From Vulcanimicrobiota bacterium (lineage in GTDB: Bacteria > Vulcanimicrobiota > Vulcanimicrobiia > Vulcanimicrobiales > Vulcanimicrobiaceae): a DNA stretch of 64,000 bases. Below the pieces are notes generated by a model that was given only the letters and a program-made list of their open reading frames with translations, did no database searches and was not told the origin of the DNA. The first letter of the stretch is position 1. The number at the start of each line of letters is the position of its first letter. Made by a program: the position numbers and the translations under genes. Below are positions 39,838 through 50,200 of this stretch, one piece after another. The DNA is taken from positions 44,344 through 108,343 of the forward strand of contig CAVZQC010000003.1 in assembly GCA_963777315.1 (NCBI GenBank), read 5' to 3'.

Positions 39838-40276
39838 GCGTTTCGAGATCGATCAAGTCTTTTGGACGCCCGCTGGCGCGTTTGTTGCGCATGAGCGCGT
39901 CACGTCCGATCACGAAAACGGGAACACCACCATAGACGGCCGAAATTTTTTGCGGCCAAGCTTCGTCCCAGGTGACGCCGCTTATGGACGTAATGATGTC
40001 TATGCGTATGGGCGCGACGCCGATCTGAAAGATGAGGTCGTCATCGATGAAGTCGCTTACTGAAATATTTTGCATGGGAGCGCCGAACTGCGAGAGCGCT
40101 TTGTAAACGCGGCCGGCGTTGTCTTGCGTCGCCCGGACCCACACGTCGAAGTCCTCGGAGTATCGCGGATGGCCATGCGCCGCGAGTGCGTGTGCACCCA
40201 CAACGAGAAACTCAACCTCGGCGGCGTTGAACGCGGCCAACAGATCTTTGTAATCGCTGTTTATCGTAATCGACAC
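39824..40276 (-). CDS. Nucleotidyltransferase family protein
   Basis: VEFLVVGAHALAAHGHPRYSEDFD, RIDI, NKRASGRPKDLIDL; GTG 40276 after GGAGAG. Confidence 0.85.
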   Translation of the reverse strand: MSITINSDYKDLLAAFNAAEVEFLVVGAHALAAHGHPRYSEDFDVWVRATQDNAGRVYKALSQFGAPMQNISVSDFIDDDLIFQIGVAPIRIDIITSISGVTWDEAWPQKISAVYGGVPVFVIGRDALMRNKRASGRPKDLIDLETLRQL

Positions 40277-40433
40277 CGCACATCTCTCCATACCGCACGA
40301 CCAGGGCCCATACGCGGGCCATTCGCTCCTCGGGCGTCATCTCCGAGGCGATGAGACGGTCCATCTCGCCGTCGTCCTCGTCCAGGCGGATTTTTCTGAC
40401 GTGCCAAGTGCGACCGTCGCGCGGAGTATCCAC
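40212..40433 (-). CDS. Small partner protein upstream of the nucleotidyltransferase
   Basis: 73 aa with MTPEERM..W.L and RLQRSV.RV.RR; overlaps the NTase 5' end. Confidence 0.65.
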   Translation of the reverse strand: MDTPRDGRTWHVRKIRLDEDDGEMDRLIASEMTPEERMARVWALVVRYGEMCGVDYDKQRLQRSVGRVQRRRG

Positions 40434-40519
40434 ACATCTTATATTCGCCCCAGCCGCGCGCGGTCCCCAGTCACGGCGTACGTGGGATTTTTTCGCGGCC
40501 TGCTAAAAAGAGAGCGGCC

Positions 40520-41056
40520 ATGCCCTACATTCGGAAAATCGTTACCGAAGGACATCCGGCGCTGCGCAAAGTCGCAAAAAGGGTGCACGCCAAAGAGATT
40601 GGCGATCCGCTGTTTCAGCAGCTCGTCGACGATATGTTCGAAACGATGTACGCTGCGCCCGGCGTTGGGCTCGCTGCGCCGCAAGTCAATGTCTCGAAGC
40701 GATTGTTCGTCATGGACGCCGGTGAGGACGAGGACCATCCGCAGGGCGGCCGCCACGTCGTCATCAATCCGAAGATCGAACTGGAAGAAGAAGAGGTCGA
40801 GATGACCGAAGGCTGCCTTTCCGTGCCCGGATTCGTGGGTGAAATTACGCGCTTCAACCGCATTGCAGTCAGCGGTTTGGATCGGTACGGCGAAAAGGTC
40901 CGCCTGGAGGGGAAAGGATTGTTCGCTCAGGCACTGCAGCACGAAATCGACCACCTCAACGGCGTGCTCTACACGGATAAAGCCAAGAACGTCCGAGTAC
41001 CGCAGACCAAAGAAGAGGAAGAGGCCGCCGAGAATACCGCGGCGCAAGCGCATTAG
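40520..41056 (+). CDS. def: Peptide deformylase
   Basis: GVGLAAPQ, EGCLS, QHEIDHLNG. Confidence 0.97.
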   Translation: MPYIRKIVTEGHPALRKVAKRVHAKEIGDPLFQQLVDDMFETMYAAPGVGLAAPQVNVSKRLFVMDAGEDEDHPQGGRHVVINPKIELEEEEVEMTEGCLSVPGFVGEITRFNRIAVSGLDRYGEKVRLEGKGLFAQALQHEIDHLNGVLYTDKAKNVRVPQTKEEEEAAENTAAQAH

Positions 41057-41960
41057 GACGCTTTTTTTCGGAACCGGCGAATTCGCCGTTCCCTGTTTGC
41101 GCATCACCGCGCAGCGCACCGATTTGGCCGGCGTCGTCACCCAGCCCGATCGCCCTGCCGGTCGAGGACACAAACTGCGCGCCACACCGGTGAAAACCGC
41201 AGCGCTCGAGATGGGACTCGCGGTCTACGAGCCTGCCTCGCTGCGAGGGTTCGCGCGGGCCGCGGGCAACGACGGATACGATCTTTTCGTGGTGGCGTCG
41301 TTCGGCAGAATTTTGCCGCAGGAGCTGCTGGATCTGCCGCGCCTAGGCTCGCTCAACGTGCATCCCAGTCTGCTGCCGAAATACCGCGGCGCAACGCCGA
41401 TTCAGTCTGCGCTGCGCGAGGGCGACGATGAAACGGGCGTGACGATCATGCTCATGGACGCAGGCATGGACACGGGCGACGTCGTGCTGCAGGAACGCAC
41501 GCCGATCGCGCCCGGCGAGCGCTACGGCGAGTTGCACGACCGGCTCGCGCGCTTCGGCGCACAAGCGCTCTCGCATGCGATCGACTTTGCCCGCAGCGGT
41601 TACATTCCGCACGTGCCGCAGCAAGGAACGCCGACGCTCACTCGGCCGCTGCGCAAGGAGGATCTGGCCATCGACTGGCGGTGGAGCTCGCGAAGGATCG
41701 TCAACGCGGTTCGCGCTCTGGCGCCCGTACCGGCGGCGCGTGCCACCATTGCAGGTGTTCGCGTGAAGGTGCTGCGCGCGGCGGGCGGCCCGCAACCCAT
41801 CGCGTCCGTGCCCGTCGGAGAAGTCGCCGGATGCACCGGCGCAGCGGTCAGCGTGCGCTGCGCCGACGGCACCGTGGATGTGCTCGAACTCATCGCGCCC
41901 AATCGCCCGGCGCAAAGCGGCGCTTCTTTCACGCAGACGTTGACGGCACGCCGGCAATGA
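41052..41960 (+). CDS. fmt: Methionyl-tRNA formyltransferase
   Basis: FFGTGEFA, VVTQPDRPAGRG, NVHPSLLPKYRGATPIQ, MDAGMDTG. Apparent ATT start overlapping the def stop. Confidence 0.95.
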   Translation: MRTLFFGTGEFAVPCLRITAQRTDLAGVVTQPDRPAGRGHKLRATPVKTAALEMGLAVYEPASLRGFARAAGNDGYDLFVVASFGRILPQELLDLPRLGSLNVHPSLLPKYRGATPIQSALREGDDETGVTIMLMDAGMDTGDVVLQERTPIAPGERYGELHDRLARFGAQALSHAIDFARSGYIPHVPQQGTPTLTRPLRKEDLAIDWRWSSRRIVNAVRALAPVPAARATIAGVRVKVLRAAGGPQPIASVPVGEVAGCTGAAVSVRCADGTVDVLELIAPNRPAQSGASFTQTLTARRQ

Positions 41961-43291
41961 CGGCGCGCGAAGTCGCGCTGCACGTCGTTCGCGACGTGTT
42001 TCCGCCGGCCGGTGCGCGCGTTGCGGAACGCGGCGCGCAGGAGTCGTTGGACTACCGGCTCGAGAAGTCGGCATTGGAACCGCGCGATCGCGCGTTCGCG
42101 ACGCGACTGAGTTTCGGTGCGATAAAGATGCGCCGCACGCTGGACTGGTATCTGCATCCGTACGTCGGCTCTCGCTCCACGGCGCTTCCGCCGGTCATTG
42201 CCGAAATTCTGCGCCTGTCCGTTTACGAACTGCGCTTTACTTCGGGGCAGGCGCATGCTGCGGTGAGCCAGTGGGTCGGGCTTGCCAAACGCTACGGACA
42301 CCGCGGAACCGCCGGCCTCGTCAATGCCGTCCTGCGCGGATTCCTTCGCGACGATCCGCCGGCGCCCCAGCGCGATCGGTTCGAGAACGAAGACGATTAT
42401 CTGGGCACGGCGTTCTCGTACCCGACGTGGCTGGTCCGTCAATGGCGCGGAACTTTCGGAGCGGCGCAAATCGAACCGATTCTGCACGCCTGCAACGAAC
42501 CGGCTCAACCGGCAGTGGTGATCAACCGAACGCAATCCACGCGCGAGGAAACGGCGTCGTGGTTTTCGCAGCACGGAGCTACTGCGCGCCTGTCCGAACT
42601 GAGCGACGACTGCGTACTGATCTCCGAGGGCGCTGCGGCACGCCGAACGCAAACGCAAGCACCCGTGAAATGGTGGACGCAAAGCGAGTCGTCCGCTGCG
42701 GTCGTCGACGTTCTCAATCCGCAGCCCGGGGAAGCGATCGCCGACGCGTGCAGCGGTCGCGGCAGCAAAGCGATGCAAATCGCTGCCCGACTGGGATCGG
42801 ATGGCAGTTTGGTGTGCATCGAACGCGACGCGCGAAAAGCGGCCGAGTTCGAGCGGCGCGCCGCGCACGCGGGCTTGGCGGCAGCCGCGATCGTCGGCGA
42901 TGCAACCGCGCCGATTTTGCAGCACCAGTTCGACCGGATTCTGATCGACGCCCCGTGTTCGGGAACCGGCGTCGTGGGGCGCCACGCCGAAGCCCGCTGG
43001 CGGAAGCAGCCCCAGGACGGCGAACGCCTAGCCCTTACGCAGCGCGCTTTGCTGGAGGCGCTCGCGCCGCACGTCTACCAAGGGGGAGCGATCGTGTATG
43101 CGGTGTGCTCGACCGATCCGCGAGAAAGCACCGAGGTCGCGGAGTGGTTTGTGCGCCGGCACAACTTCCAGCGCGGGCTCATTCCTGCGCGTTTTGCTCC
43201 CTTTGAAACCGAGCACGGCGACGTTGTGATTCCTCCCGGGCTCTGCGGACGTGACGGCTTCTTCATTGCGCGCCTGGAGCGCCGGCTATGA
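41957..43291 (+). CDS. rsmB: 16S rRNA (cytosine-967-C5)-methyltransferase with NusB-like N-terminus
   Basis: GLVNAVLR, SYPTWLV, DACSGRGSK, ILIDAPCSGTG, VYAVCS, DGFFIARL. Confidence 0.92.
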   Translation: MTAREVALHVVRDVFPPAGARVAERGAQESLDYRLEKSALEPRDRAFATRLSFGAIKMRRTLDWYLHPYVGSRSTALPPVIAEILRLSVYELRFTSGQAHAAVSQWVGLAKRYGHRGTAGLVNAVLRGFLRDDPPAPQRDRFENEDDYLGTAFSYPTWLVRQWRGTFGAAQIEPILHACNEPAQPAVVINRTQSTREETASWFSQHGATARLSELSDDCVLISEGAAARRTQTQAPVKWWTQSESSAAVVDVLNPQPGEAIADACSGRGSKAMQIAARLGSDGSLVCIERDARKAAEFERRAAHAGLAAAAIVGDATAPILQHQFDRILIDAPCSGTGVVGRHAEARWRKQPQDGERLALTQRALLEALAPHVYQGGAIVYAVCSTDPRESTEVAEWFVRRHNFQRGLIPARFAPFETEHGDVVIPPGLCGRDGFFIARLERRL

Positions 43292-43971
43292 GCTGGTTTT
43301 CGCGGATCGAAGAAACGTGCGCGGCGTTCATCGAGCGGGCGTTCGCGAACATGTTCCCCAGCGACGTGGAACCCGCACAAGTCGCCCGCAAACTGGTTGC
43401 AACGATGGAAGCGCGCACGCACAACGCCGGCAACGCCATGCGCGCGCCGGCACGGTATGCGGTGTACGTCAATCCGATCGATTACGCTCGCCTGCAGCCG
43501 CATCGCAAGTACTTGCAGGACGAATGGAGCGCGCTGCTGAGCGACGTCGCCCGGCGCGTGGGCATCACGTTCCGGGAAAGCGCGCCCACGGTTACCTTGA
43601 ACCAGGACGACGGCGTGGTTGCCGGAGGAATCGACATCGAAGTCGACTCGGGTACGGAAAAGCGCGGCGCAGCGAGCGTTGCTTTTGCGTTGCGTTCAAT
43701 CTCGGGCATGCCGCAAGCACCCGTGTTCGTCGTCGCCGGCGCAACGCGGGTGGGCCGCAACCCGCAATGCGATTTGGTATTGAGCGATCCGAGCGTTTCG
43801 CGCTATCACGCTTTGCTGGACGTGCGGGACGGCAATTTGCTCGTGCTCGACGCGGAGTCCACCAACGGCACCTACGTCAACGGTGAACGCACGGCCACGC
43901 GCGAACTTGCGGTCGGAGACGTCGTCGCTTTCGGCAAGACCCGGATGCGCGTCGAAACCGCACCTCCATGA
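43288..43971 (+). CDS. DUF3662 + FHA domain protein (FhaA-like)
   Basis: F.SDVEP.QVARKL...ME, AP.RY.VYVNP.D; FHA motifs VGR..VSRYHA..STNGTYVNG. Confidence 0.88.
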   Translation: MSWFSRIEETCAAFIERAFANMFPSDVEPAQVARKLVATMEARTHNAGNAMRAPARYAVYVNPIDYARLQPHRKYLQDEWSALLSDVARRVGITFRESAPTVTLNQDDGVVAGGIDIEVDSGTEKRGAASVAFALRSISGMPQAPVFVVAGATRVGRNPQCDLVLSDPSVSRYHALLDVRDGNLLVLDAESTNGTYVNGERTATRELAVGDVVAFGKTRMRVETAPP

Positions 43972-44408
43972 GCTCGGCGGCTCAGCTTCGCATCGGCTCA
44001 CTTGAAATATTGGCCGCGCTGCTGGCCTTCGGGCTGATCGCCGTCCGGCTGCGTTCCGGCAGCGGGGTCGCGGCGCGCACGGTGGCTGCCCGACTGCACA
44101 TTCAGGAAGGGCCGGGGTCGCCGGTGCAAGAGATGCGGCTGACTTTGGGCGACGGTTTGCCGGCTGCCGTGTTGGGGCGCTCGAACGCCGCGCAGATTCG
44201 CTTGAGCGATCCGGAAGCAAGCCGCCGTCACGCAAGCCTGGACTGCAGCGGGGGCGTCATCTATCTTACGGACCTGGGAAGCAGCAACGGCACGTTTCTG
44301 AACGGAACGCGTTTGGAAGATGAAGGTATCGAGGTCAAACCCGGGGATGATATCGATGTGGGAAACACCCGCGTTACCGTAGTGGAGACGGTGCGATCGT
44401 GGACGTAG
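43968..44408 (+). CDS. Membrane-anchored FHA domain protein (FhaB-like)
   Basis: N-terminal TM; LGR..ASRRHA..DLGSSNGTFLNG. Confidence 0.88.
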   Translation: MSSAAQLRIGSLEILAALLAFGLIAVRLRSGSGVAARTVAARLHIQEGPGSPVQEMRLTLGDGLPAAVLGRSNAAQIRLSDPEASRRHASLDCSGGVIYLTDLGSSNGTFLNGTRLEDEGIEVKPGDDIDVGNTRVTVVETVRSWT

Positions 44409-45139
44409 CGATAAGCGGCGACCCCAGCTCTTGCGTGTCCAGGCAGCTCGCGGACAATACGTATTTTTTTGCGATTGCCAGCGGCTTCGGTTCGATTCAG
44501 GGCGAACCCGCGGCACCCGCCGTGCTCAAGCGCCTGCGCACGGAATTCGAACGGCGTGGACGCGCCGACCGCTTCCGCCGGTGCGAACGCCGGCCCAAGG
44601 GCGTCACCTCCGGCATGCAGGCGGCATTTGCGCGAGTCAACGAGGACATGCACGCGCGCACCGCTTCGCACGACGACTACGTCACCGCGGGCTGTTCGGT
44701 CACCGGCGTGCTGCTGCTGGACGATCGCGCGTATCTGGCCCACGTTGGTTCGACGGCCGCGTACCTGGCGCGCGACGGCTACGTCGTATCGCTGACGAAG
44801 AACGACGCGTTCGAAGAACGAAACGTCGCTATTCTCACGCGCGCGCTCGTGTCCGCGCCGAGCGTCGAAATCGCAGTGTGTTCCTTTGCGCTCAACGAAG
44901 GCGACGCGCTCGTTCTTTTGGGGCATCGCGTTGCGCAGGCGGACGCGCGCGCTCGAATTGCCGACTGCGTGAGCCGCGTGGAACGCGGCCAGGCGTGCGG
45001 CGAGCAGCTTTTGGTCGTGCATTACGCGCCCGCGGCTGCTTCGGTAATGCCTTCACGATGTGCGTCGCACGCTTCGAGCAGCATCGCGATCGGCGTAGCG
45101 GCGACCATCGCGTTTTACGCCTTGCTTTGCGTCAGATAA
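44399..45139 (+). CDS. PP2C/PstP-like protein with degenerate metal-binding motifs and a C-terminal TM
   Basis: AYLAHVG...AYLARDG...SLT, ILTRAL, L..GD.LVL; syntenic position of pstP. Confidence 0.75.
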   Translation: MDVAISGDPSSCVSRQLADNTYFFAIASGFGSIQGEPAAPAVLKRLRTEFERRGRADRFRRCERRPKGVTSGMQAAFARVNEDMHARTASHDDYVTAGCSVTGVLLLDDRAYLAHVGSTAAYLARDGYVVSLTKNDAFEERNVAILTRALVSAPSVEIAVCSFALNEGDALVLLGHRVAQADARARIADCVSRVERGQACGEQLLVVHYAPAAASVMPSRCASHASSSIAIGVAATIAFYALLCVR

Positions 45140-46392
45140 CCACCAATCTGGAGCGCATTCTTCCGGTTGCCATGGCTTTGGCTATTGCAGCTTTTGCGCT
45201 CTCGTTTGCTCCGCCCAAAACGATCGGGCCGCCTTGGCTGATCGCGCTGCTGGTGGCGCTGAGCGTAGCGTGGGTAATGGTTCAGCCCGCAGCGACCCGT
45301 CGCGACGACGTTCTTCCGGCCCTTGCCGTTCTGCTTTCGGCGGTCGGGCTTTTGCTGGTCGCGCGCATTTCGCCGCAGCTGGCTCACAAACAGCAGTACT
45401 GGCTGCTCGTATCGCTGGGACTCTCGATTGCGCTCGGGCCTGCCTTTACGTTCTTCCGCCGCATGGCGGCGTTCAAGTACGTATGGGTACTGCTGTGCCT
45501 GGTGCTGTTCGTCATGCTGATCCTTTTCGGTCAGGAGGTCAACGGCGCCAAACTCTGGATCCGCCTGGGTTCGGTGCAGTACGAGCCCGTCGAACTGATC
45601 AAGCTGTTCATCGTCTTTTTCTTGGCCGCGTATTTGGCCGAAACGGCGGACGTGATCGCACGCGCCCGTCCGTGGTCGCTCCGAGCCAATTTGAAATACC
45701 TCGGTCCGCTGTTCTTGGGATGGGGAGTGTCGATGGCCATACTCGTCCTGCAACGCGACATCGGCATGGCCACGCTTCTTCTAGCCACATTCTGCGTGCT
45801 GCTTTATGCCGCTACGCGCCGCTGGGATCTGCTGGTCGGCAGTCTGGTGGTGTTCGGCGGAGTGGCCGCGTGGGCCGCGCACCACTACAATTACGTCTCT
45901 ACCAGAATAGCGGTGTGGCGCAATCCGTTTGCCGATCCGCTCGGCGCGGGATATCAGGCCGCTCAAGGGTATTATTCGTTGGCTGCCGGCGGTGTGTTTG
46001 GGACGGGGTACCGCTTGGGACATCCCAGCTACATCCCCGCTGCAGGCACCGACTACATTTATGCGGTGCTGGGTGAAGAGTTCGGCTTCATCGGCTCTGC
46101 GATCGTGCTTGGATTATTTTTGCTGCTGGTGCGGCGCATTTTGGCCGTCTCCGCTGCGCAGCCGGATTTGTATACGCGTCTGCTGGCCGTGGGACTGAGC
46201 GCAACGCTGGGGTTCCAGGTGTTCATCATCGTCGGCGGCGTCATCGGCGTGTTTCCGCTCACCGGCATTACCCTGCCGTTCATTTCGTACGGCGGCAGCT
46301 CGCTTGTTGCAAATTTTCTGCTGGTCGCGCTGGTGTGGGCCATGAGCGCGCGTCCTATGGCTGCACCGCAAAGGGAGGCGCTCGAAGCTTGA
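45136..46392 (+). CDS. FtsW/RodA/SpoVE family (SEDS) protein
   Basis: GQEVNGAKLWI, EPVELIKL, RDIG, TDYIYAVLGEEFG, PLTGITLPFISYGGSSL. Start is either ATA 45136 or ATG 45172. Confidence 0.93.
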   Translation: MTTNLERILPVAMALAIAAFALSFAPPKTIGPPWLIALLVALSVAWVMVQPAATRRDDVLPALAVLLSAVGLLLVARISPQLAHKQQYWLLVSLGLSIALGPAFTFFRRMAAFKYVWVLLCLVLFVMLILFGQEVNGAKLWIRLGSVQYEPVELIKLFIVFFLAAYLAETADVIARARPWSLRANLKYLGPLFLGWGVSMAILVLQRDIGMATLLLATFCVLLYAATRRWDLLVGSLVVFGGVAAWAAHHYNYVSTRIAVWRNPFADPLGAGYQAAQGYYSLAAGGVFGTGYRLGHPSYIPAAGTDYIYAVLGEEFGFIGSAIVLGLFLLLVRRILAVSAAQPDLYTRLLAVGLSATLGFQVFIIVGGVIGVFPLTGITLPFISYGGSSLVANFLLVALVWAMSARPMAAPQREALEA

Positions 46393-46436
46393 GCGAGTAC
46401 TATCGCGATAGTCGGTGTCCGCGAAAGGAACAAGGC

Positions 46437-46970
46437 ATGCATAGAACTGTACCCGTCCTGCTGATCGCCGGCGCGTTGGTGCTGGCCGCGGCGGCATGTT
46501 CGGGTGGAAAAAGCGGTAAATCCTCGACCACGACCACCACCACCACCACGGCGTCGTCGCCGGCCGCAGCGAACTCGCCGGCAGCTTCGCCGATGGCCAG
46601 TGCCGTTGCAACTACGAGTTCGAGCAGCATGAAAAGCGCGGCCGGAGGGGCCGTAGGCAACGGCGCGAGCCTCTACACCACGAATTGCTCGAGCTGCCAT
46701 CAAGCAAACGGCAAGGGGCAATCGGGCGTCTTTCCGCCGCTGGCCGGCAACGCGGTCGTCACCGGCACACCGGATAAGGTGATCGGGATAGTAAAAAACG
46801 GCCACAGCGGAAAACTGGTCGTCAACGGCATCACCTATAACGGCCAAATGCCCGCTTGGAAAGGCACGCTCAGCGAGGCCGACATCGCGCACGTCGTTAC
46901 CTACATTCGCACGTCGTGGGGAAACAGCGCATCGGCCGTGACGGCCGCCCAAGTCACCGCAGTCAAATAA
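46437..46970 (+). CDS. Lipoprotein monoheme cytochrome c (c552-like)
   Basis: Lipobox-like AAAC, Thr/Ser linker, CSSCH heme motif, FPPLA, GQMPAW, TYIRTSWGN. Confidence 0.9.
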   Translation: MHRTVPVLLIAGALVLAAAACSGGKSGKSSTTTTTTTTASSPAAANSPAASPMASAVATTSSSSMKSAAGGAVGNGASLYTTNCSSCHQANGKGQSGVFPPLAGNAVVTGTPDKVIGIVKNGHSGKLVVNGITYNGQMPAWKGTLSEADIAHVVTYIRTSWGNSASAVTAAQVTAVK

Positions 46971-46996
46971 TTCGTTCCTCCGGGTACGTTGACGGT

Positions 46997-47227
46997 ATGC
47001 CGGAAAGCGAACGCGCAATACGTGAACCCGCGCACTATGAGCGCGAACTGCAGCGAGCGCGCGCGATCTCGAGCGCGCTCGCGCAGCACAACCACGTTGT
47101 GGAGCTGCTGCAGAATGCCAAACGCGATCGCGAGCTCACGGATTTGCCGGATTACGACCCCGTGATCAAAGCGTTGGAAACGCTGGAGGTGGATTCCGGC
47201 GACCGCCTCGCGACCGAGCACTCGTAG
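46997..47227 (+). CDS. Small helical hypothetical protein
   Basis: 76-aa ORF MPESERAIREPAHYERELQRAR.. that fills the intergenic gap. Confidence 0.55.
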   Translation: MPESERAIREPAHYERELQRARAISSALAQHNHVVELLQNAKRDRELTDLPDYDPVIKALETLEVDSGDRLATEHS

Positions 47228-47259
47228 GCGAGCGGACGGCCGCGCCGAATACGCGCTAA

Positions 47260-50200
47260 GTGCTCGACGACTTTCACCCGCTGCTGCGCGATTGGTTTCG
47301 CGAGCGCAGCTGGACGCCCACTCAGCCCCAAATCGAAGGCTGGCCGCTCGTTCGGTCCGGCCGCGATGCGCTGATTTCGGCGCCCACCGGTTCGGGCAAA
47401 ACGCTGGCCGCATTTTCCATCGCGTTGGACGGGCTTGTTCGCCAAGCGGCTACGGGCGAGCTGCCCGAGCGCACGCTAGTGGTGTACGTTTCGCCGCTCA
47501 AAGCGCTCTCCAACGACGTTCGCAAAAACTTGGAGATTCCGCTGGGCGAAATTTGCGAGCTCGCGTCGCGCTACAATACGCCGCTTGCGCCGATTCGAAC
47601 CGCGGTTCGCACCGGCGACACCAGCTCCGCCGAACGCGCGCGCATGCTTCGCAAACCGCCGCACGTCTTGGTAACCACGCCCGAATCGCTGTTCATTCTG
47701 TTGACTGCGGAACGATCGCGCGCGCTCTTTACGGGCGTGCGCACGGTGATCGTGGATGAAATTCACGCCATGGCCGGCGACAAGCGCGGCTCGCACCTGG
47801 CGCTGACGCTTGCGCGTTTGGACCGGCTCGTGCAAGACAACGGCGCGGGCAAGCCGCAGCGCATCGGGCTTTCCGCGACGGTGCATCCGCTCGCCGAAGT
47901 TGCGCGTTTCCTGAGCGCGAGCGCTGCAGTCGTCGACGTCGGCGCGCGCCGCGAAATGCGCGTTTGCGTCGAAGTGCCGCGCGACGAACTGGGGCCGGTC
48001 GCCAGCAACGAGATGTGGAGCGAGATTTACGATCGCGCCGCCGAACACATCCGTGCGCATCGCACCACGCTGGTTTTCGTCGGCACGCGGCGCCTGAGCG
48101 AACGCGCGGCCTTCGCGCTCACCGAGCGGCTGGGCGAAGGCGTCGTCATGCCGCACCATGGCAGCCTATCCAAAGAGGCGCGATTCACTGCCGAAAACCG
48201 ACTGAAGAACGGCGAGTTGCGAGCCGTCGTCGCTACCGCCTCGCTCGAGCTGGGCATCGATATCGGATCGATCGATTTAGTCGTGCAGCTCGGCACGCCG
48301 CGGTCGATTTCCGTCACGCTTCAGCGCATCGGGCGATCGGGGCATTGGGTGGGCGCCAAACCCGAGGGGCGGATTTTCGCTACGACGCGCGACGAATTAC
48401 TCGAATGCGCCGCGATTGTACACGCCATGCGCGCGGGAACCATGGACGCGCTGACTATCCCACGCGCTCCGCTCGATATTCTGGCCCAGCAAATCGTCGC
48501 AGCGTGCGCGTCGCAAGAGTGGAGCGCCGACGAGCTGTTTGCGCTCGTGCAGCAGGCGTATCCCTATCGCGAGCTGCTGCGCACAGATTTTGACGAAACG
48601 CTTGCCCTGCTGGCGGACGGCGTAGCCACCTCGCGCGGACGCAGCGGCACGTTCGTTCATTACGACCGCGTTAACGGCCGGCTTCGCGCGCGGCGCGGTG
48701 CCCGCATCGCCGCGATCACGTCGGGCGGCGCAATTCCCGATACCGCCAACTACAACGTGGTCGCCGAGCCCGAGGGGCAGATCGTCGGCACGCTGGACGA
48801 AGACTTCGCCGTCGAAAGTTTGGCGGGCGACGTGTTTTTGCTGGGAACCAATTCGTGGCGGATACGCCGCGTCGAGCCGGGCGTCGTTCGCGTCGAAGAC
48901 GCGCACGGTGCGGCGCCCACGATACCGTTTTGGAACGGCGAGGGGCTAGGGCGCACGATCGAGCTGTCGCGCGAAGTGGCTGCGTTGCGTGCGGCAATCG
49001 ACGAACGCGACGACGTTTCGGCGCAGGCGCTGCTTGAGGGCGAGTGCGGCTTGGACGCCGGCGGCGCGCAGCAAGCCGTCGCGTACGTGCGCGCCGGCAA
49101 GAAGGTGCTCGGAACCGTACCGACTGCGCAAACGATTGTAGCCGAGCGCTTCTTCGACGAAGGCGGCGGAATGCAATTGATACTGCACACGCCGTTCGGC
49201 GCGCGAATCAATCGCGCGTGGGGCTTGGCGCTGCGCAAGCGCTTCTGCCGCTCGTTCAACGTGGAGCTGCAGGCGGCCGCGACCGACAACGGCATAGTGT
49301 TGTCGCTGACGGATCAGCATGCGTTTCCGCTGGAGATCGTCTTCGAATACGTGAAATCCGCCAGCGTTGAGTACGTGCTTACGCAAGCGCTGCTGGCCGC
49401 GCCGGTATTTGCCGCGCGCTGGCGCTGGAACGCCACCCGGGCGTTGGCGATTTTGCGCATGCGCGGTGGACGCAGAGTGCCTCCGCAGCTCATGCGCATG
49501 CGAGCCGACGATTTGCTCGCTTCGGTATTTCCCGATCAGGCGGCGTGCGCGGAGAATTTGACCGGACCCATTCGCGTTCCGGATCACGTGCTGGTGCGCG
49601 AGACGATCGACAACTGCCTGCACGAAGCGATGGATCTCGACGGGCTGTGTGAAATTCTGCGCGGCGTTGAAGACGGTTTGATCCGGACGGTCGCAATCGA
49701 CACGCCCGAGCCGTCGCCTTTCAGCCACGAGATTCTCAATGCGAATCCGTACGCGTATCTGGACGATGCGCCGCTCGAGGAGCGGCGCGCGCGGGCAGTG
49801 CAGCTGCGCCGCACGATTCGCGAAGATCTCGACGGCGCCGGAATTCTGGACGCGGATGCGATTGCGGAAGTGGCCGAAGAATCGTGGCCCGTGGTGCGCG
49901 ATGCAGACGAGCTGCACGACGCATTGCTGACGTTGGTCGTCGTGCCGCCGGCAGCGCAGTGGGAACAGTGGTTTGCGGAGTTGGTCGTGCAGCGGCGCGC
50001 CTGCACGCTGAACGTTGGCGGTAAGCAATTTTGGACCAGCGCCGAGCGGCTGCAGCTCGCGCGAACCGCGTATCCGCACGCCGTGCCCGAGCCGGAGATC
50101 GCCGCGGTGCCGCCGTCCCATCCGGTCGAATCGCAGGACGAGGCGTTTGCAGAGATTGTGCGCGGCTGGCTGGAGTCCAGCGGCCCGGTCAGTGCCGCGG

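Noticed and set aside
46526..46550. ACC trinucleotide run as a phase-variation tract
   Set aside because: In-frame poly-Thr linker; length changes would not shift the frame.
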